A stretch of DNA of 38,592 nt, from assembly GCA_964564795.1 (NCBI GenBank), contig CAZMCJ010000002.1, forward strand, positions 1-38,592. The letters are read 5' to 3'. The notes below the pieces were generated by a model, which was given only the letters and a program-made list of their open reading frames with translations, ran no database searches and had not been told where the DNA came from. The translations under genes were made by a program, and so were the position numbers. The DNA is from an uncultured Eubacteriales bacterium (GTDB lineage: Bacteria; Bacillota; Clostridia; Oscillospirales; RGIG577). Positions 35,157-38,592 of this stretch are shown in pieces; the stretch's first letter is position 1; each line of letters begins with the position of its first letter.

Positions 35157-35997
35157 AGAGGAAGCAAGGCGCCTTGTCTTTATGATAATAGGATGCCTGA
35201 TATCTGCGCTTGCGGTCAACCTGTTTTTAGCACCAAACTCAATTGTAACAGGGGGAACAACGGGGCTTGGAACAGTTGCAAACAAGCTGTTTAACTTGCC
35301 AATCGGTAGTGTTATTTTTGCGCTTAACTTACCAATTTTATTCTTTGGTTACAAAATGATGGGCAGAACCTTTATTATACGTTGCCTTGTAACCAATATA
35401 ACACTAAGTATATTTATTGATACCCTTTCGTTTTTACCCCGCTTTACCGATGACCGCCTGATTTCCGCCATTTATGGTGGGGCGCTGTTTGGTATAAGCG
35501 TTGGGCTTTTTTATATGAACTCCATTAGCAGTGGCGGAAGCGAGCTGCTCGCACGAATTTTAATCAGAAAATTCAGAGCCATTTCCATTAGCAAAATGCT
35601 TGCAATAATTGATGCGGTGGTTGTGGTAATCGGCGCCATTGCGCTAAAGGACCCGGAGAACGTGCTTTATGCGTCCATATTAATTTTTGTAACCGCAAAG
35701 GTAAGCGACGGCGTAATCTCGGGCTTTAACTATGCAAAGGTGTGCTTTATAATCACTGAAAAGCAAGAGGAAGTGGCAAAGGTGCTGCTTGCTCACTCCC
35801 GCCGTGGGGTAACGAGTATGGATGGGATTGGAATGTACAGCAAAACAAGGCGCAACGTACTTATAACGGTTGTAAAAAAACCAGAGCTTCCAAAGCTTAA
35901 AGGTTGGATTGCAGAGGCAGACCCCGATGCTTTTGTTGTTGTTTCAGAGGCGCAGGAGGTTCTTGGCCTTGGGTTTAAATCAATAATCGAGGAGTGA
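35137..35997 (+). CDS. YitT family membrane protein (DUF2179 C-terminal domain)
   Basis: Five or six TM segments plus a C-terminal region (RGVTSMDGIGMYSKTRRNVLITVVKKPELPKLK) typical of YitT/DUF2179. It overlaps mrnC by 20 nt. Confidence 0.8.
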   Translation: MNKTAIKEEARRLVFMIIGCLISALAVNLFLAPNSIVTGGTTGLGTVANKLFNLPIGSVIFALNLPILFFGYKMMGRTFIIRCLVTNITLSIFIDTLSFLPRFTDDRLISAIYGGALFGISVGLFYMNSISSGGSELLARILIRKFRAISISKMLAIIDAVVVVIGAIALKDPENVLYASILIFVTAKVSDGVISGFNYAKVCFIITEKQEEVAKVLLAHSRRGVTSMDGIGMYSKTRRNVLITVVKKPELPKLKGWIAEADPDAFVVVSEAQEVLGLGFKSIIEE

Positions 35998-36004
35998 AAA
36001 AAAG

Positions 36005-37837
36005 GTGACGAAAATAACCTTTGTAATCCCATATTTGGAGTGCAAGGAGCGGGTGGAGCGTGCCATTGCAAGCACACCTATGCCGGAGAATGTGGTGTTT
36101 GAAACCACACACATAATAGGCTCAAGACGTGCCACAGCGGAAAGCTTGGATAGTGATATTATTATAAGTCGTGGCATTACATATTCTGCCCTTAAGGAAA
36201 ATGAAGGCAGGTACCAAACAATCGAAATTGCGGTGACAGGCTACGACCTTATGGACGCTGTTTCAAAGCTGGTTGCACGTTATAATTCAAAAAAAATTGC
36301 CATTATCCTCTCTGATACGGTGTTTATAAATAAGGAGTTTGTGGAGCAGATTTTTAACGTAGAAACAGATGTTTTTGTAATAAAAAACGATGACCAGGCT
36401 CGTGTTTCATACGAGATGATGAAAAAATCGGGCAAATATGATGGGCTGGTGAGTGGGCTTACCGTAAACGGGCTTGCAAATGCGGACAACTTCCCTGCGG
36501 TTAGGATTGAAACGGGGGGAGAGGCAATTAAAAATGCAATAAACGAAGCGCTGACAGCGGTTTACGCAAGCCACAAGGAAAAGCACAAAACGGAGCTTCT
36601 AAACTCGGTTGTGGAGGGGTCAAGCGAGGGAGTGCTTGCAATAGATGGCAATATGAAAATCCTTGTGATGAACGAGGGGTGCAAAAAAATACTGGGTGTA
36701 GAGGGACCCTCCCCCATTGGAAAATCCATTTTGAACTATGTAAACACCGCCGTTTTGCAAGGGGATAGCGAGAATAGCGTCCAAAAAATAAAGGGAAAAA
36801 TGGTTATCATAAAGCAAATTCCCATAAATGTGGACGGCAGTCGTGAGGGGGTTATATTCAACTTCCAATACGTTGATAAGCTGCAAAAAACAGAGATTGA
36901 CGTCCGCCAAAAGCTTTCACAAAAGGGGCTTGTGGCAAAATATAGGTTTGACGATTTGGTTGGAAATAGTAGCGAAATTAAAAAAAGTATTGAGAGTGCA
37001 AAAAAATATGCAAGGACTGAGTCGGACATTCTAATAATTGGCGAAACGGGAACGGGCAAGGAGCTTTTTGCCCAAAGTATCCACAATTTTAGCGAGAGAA
37101 AGGCACAGCCATTCGTTGCGCTAAACTGTGCCGCCATTGCGGAGAACCTTTTGGAGAGCGAGCTTTTTGGCTATGTGGAGGGAGCGTTCACAGGAGCGTC
37201 CAAGGGTGGTAAAAGCGGACTTTTTGAGCTGGCGCATAAAGGCACACTCTTTTTGGACGAGGTGGCAGAACTGCCAATCACCCTGCAAGCAAAGCTGCTT
37301 AGGGCATTGCAAGAAAAGGAAATCAGGCGAATGGGGGACGACAAAATAATCCCTGTTGACGTTCGCATTATTGCGGCAACCAACGTAAGCCTTAAAAAAC
37401 GGGTGGAGCAAAACAAGTTCCGCCAAGATTTGCTATACCGCCTTGATATTTTAAATTTGCGTATTCCACCACTTAGAATGCGCAAGGAGGATATATTGCC
37501 CCTTACCAACACCTTCTTTAAAATCTTTAGCCAAAGGGGGATAACCCTACAATCGGGTGCGTTGGAGGAGCTGCAAAAATACAACTGGCGGGGTAATATC
37601 AGGGAGCTTCGTAACATCTGCGAGCGCCTTTCGGTGCTTAGCATAGATGGGGTGATAACCCGAGCAAATATTATTGAGAACCTCTACGAAGAGGAGATGG
37701 AGGACATCACGCCAACGGCAGAGGAGGAAATTATAAGCTCACTTATAAAAAAGAAAAGAACAAAAGAAGAGATTGCACGAGCTGTGGGTGTTAGCAGAAC
37801 CACCCTTTGGCGAAAACTTAAGGAGCAAAATAAGTGA
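36005..37837 (+). CDS. Sigma54-dependent transcriptional activator (PrpR_N - PAS - AAA+ - HTH_8)
   Basis: GTG start 10 nt after GAGGAG. PrpR_N-like IIISRGITYSAL, a PAS segment, GETGTGKE, an intact GAFTGA, LFLDEV, and a C-terminal VGVSRTTLWRKL. Confidence 0.88.
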   Translation: MTKITFVIPYLECKERVERAIASTPMPENVVFETTHIIGSRRATAESLDSDIIISRGITYSALKENEGRYQTIEIAVTGYDLMDAVSKLVARYNSKKIAIILSDTVFINKEFVEQIFNVETDVFVIKNDDQARVSYEMMKKSGKYDGLVSGLTVNGLANADNFPAVRIETGGEAIKNAINEALTAVYASHKEKHKTELLNSVVEGSSEGVLAIDGNMKILVMNEGCKKILGVEGPSPIGKSILNYVNTAVLQGDSENSVQKIKGKMVIIKQIPINVDGSREGVIFNFQYVDKLQKTEIDVRQKLSQKGLVAKYRFDDLVGNSSEIKKSIESAKKYARTESDILIIGETGTGKELFAQSIHNFSERKAQPFVALNCAAIAENLLESELFGYVEGAFTGASKGGKSGLFELAHKGTLFLDEVAELPITLQAKLLRALQEKEIRRMGDDKIIPVDVRIIAATNVSLKKRVEQNKFRQDLLYRLDILNLRIPPLRMRKEDILPLTNTFFKIFSQRGITLQSGALEELQKYNWRGNIRELRNICERLSVLSIDGVITRANIIENLYEEEMEDITPTAEEEIISSLIKKKRTKEEIARAVGVSRTTLWRKLKEQNK

Positions 37838-38256
37838 TAAGAGAATTTAAGGAAACGGATATTGATAGCGTAATGACACTGTGGTTGCAAGCTAACACCA
37901 CCGCACACGGGTTTATTAAAGAGGAATATTGGGAAAAAAATTTCCCCAGTGTTAAAGAAATTCTGCCCCAGTCAAAGGTGTTTGTTTTTGAGGAGCAAGG
38001 GGAGATAAAGGGGTTTGTGGGGCTTATGGGCAACTATATTGCGGGTATTTTTGTATCTCCCAGCGACCAGTCAAGGGGGATTGGCAAGGAACTGCTTAAA
38101 TATATTAAGGGTAAAAGGGGGGAGCTTTCCCTCCATGTTTATGAAAAAAATGATAGGGCAGTAAGCTTTTATAAGGGGGAAGGCTTTAGCATTTTTGCAC
38201 ATCGGTTAGACGATAAAACAGGGGAAATAGAGATTGAGATGACTTGGAAAAAATAA
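37834..38256 (+). CDS. GNAT family N-acetyltransferase
   Basis: 140 aa. The GTGA overlaps the EBP stop. Motif A region: IFVSPSDQSRGIGKELLKYI. Confidence 0.75.
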   Translation: MIREFKETDIDSVMTLWLQANTTAHGFIKEEYWEKNFPSVKEILPQSKVFVFEEQGEIKGFVGLMGNYIAGIFVSPSDQSRGIGKELLKYIKGKRGELSLHVYEKNDRAVSFYKGEGFSIFAHRLDDKTGEIEIEMTWKK

Positions 38257-38289
38257 AAGGCACAAAAGTATAATCTTTTGTGCCTTTTT
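38257..38289 (+). terminator. Rho-independent terminator after the GNAT gene
   Basis: AAGGCACAAAAG-TATAAT-CTTTTGTGCCTT followed by TTT. Confidence 0.8.
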
Positions 38290-38394
38290 GTTATAACGAA
38301 TAGGAAAGTTCTACTTTTGAACTTTTAATTACCCAACCCTCTTGCCCATGAGTTTAAAAAAGGCTACCTTAAAATACTTCTTTAGAAGCCTTTT

Positions 38395-38592
38395 TTATTT
38401 ATTCACCAAAACTTTAGATACGTTTTTGGGGCTTACATAAATTATAACATCTATATTAGCGGGCTGGGATGTGTACTTGTAAAAAATCTTATGCTTGCTG
38501 TCCTCCAAAACTTGCTTAAAGGTCTCAAAGCCCTCAAAGGGAAAGGAGTGCATAGAGTTGGCATACAGATAAAACTCATCATCATGTCCCTT
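38395..38592 (-). CDS. 3' end of a minus-strand gene that runs off the window (hypothetical)
   Basis: An open frame runs from the window edge (KGHDDEFYLYANSMHSFPFEGFETFKQVLEDSKHKIFYKYTSQPANIDVIIYVSPKNVSKVLVNK*). It was hand-translated and is absent from the track because no start lies inside the window. A hairpin with a T-run lies at 38356-38396. Confidence 0.55.
   Translation of the reverse strand, partial: KGHDDEFYLYANSMHSFPFEGFETFKQVLEDSKHKIFYKYTSQPANIDVIIYVSPKNVSKVLVNK

Overview
This window is a low-GC (about 40% by spot counts) Firmicutes chromosome segment from an endospore former. No rRNA, tRNA, CRISPR array, transposase or integrase was recognised.

Housekeeping content, left to right:
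- A Bacillus-type cell-wall two-component operon, walR-walK-walH-walI, with murA inserted before walJ and rlmH.
- Two GNAT acetyltransferases and a MATE efflux pump.
- On the minus strand, spoIID plus a SpoIIQ-like M23 peptidase.
- Citrate synthase, yebC, a ClC chloride channel with a TrkA-C tail, nth and glyA.
- mrnC, a YitT-family protein, a sigma54 enhancer-binding protein (EBP) and a third GNAT.

Regions that stand out:
1. A higher-GC block of about 9 kb (14.1-23.0 kb) lies between citrate synthase and yebC. It encodes an orphan LytTR/GHKL (agr-like) two-component system, a 9-cysteine small ORF and a 1899-aa SLH-anchored mosaic surface protein. A long leader full of micro-ORFs precedes it.
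2. A 0.93-kb intergenic region (25.8-26.7 kb) is built almost entirely of a 35-bp tandem unit and a 179-bp duplication. The unit core mimics a sigma54 -24/-12 element but is one base short.
3. A PdxA2 / Tdh-like / DUF1537-kinase / VOC operon (30.6-34.4 kb) is flanked by two PrpR_N-type regulators. One of these has lost the GAFTGA sigma54-contact motif and sits opposite a consensus sigma70 promoter.
4. Several other repeat-bearing or ORF-free intergenic regions occur at 10.3, 23.0 and 34.5 kb.

All functional calls rest on motifs read in the supplied translations, gene order and hand-found RBS, promoter and hairpin signals. No database search was possible.
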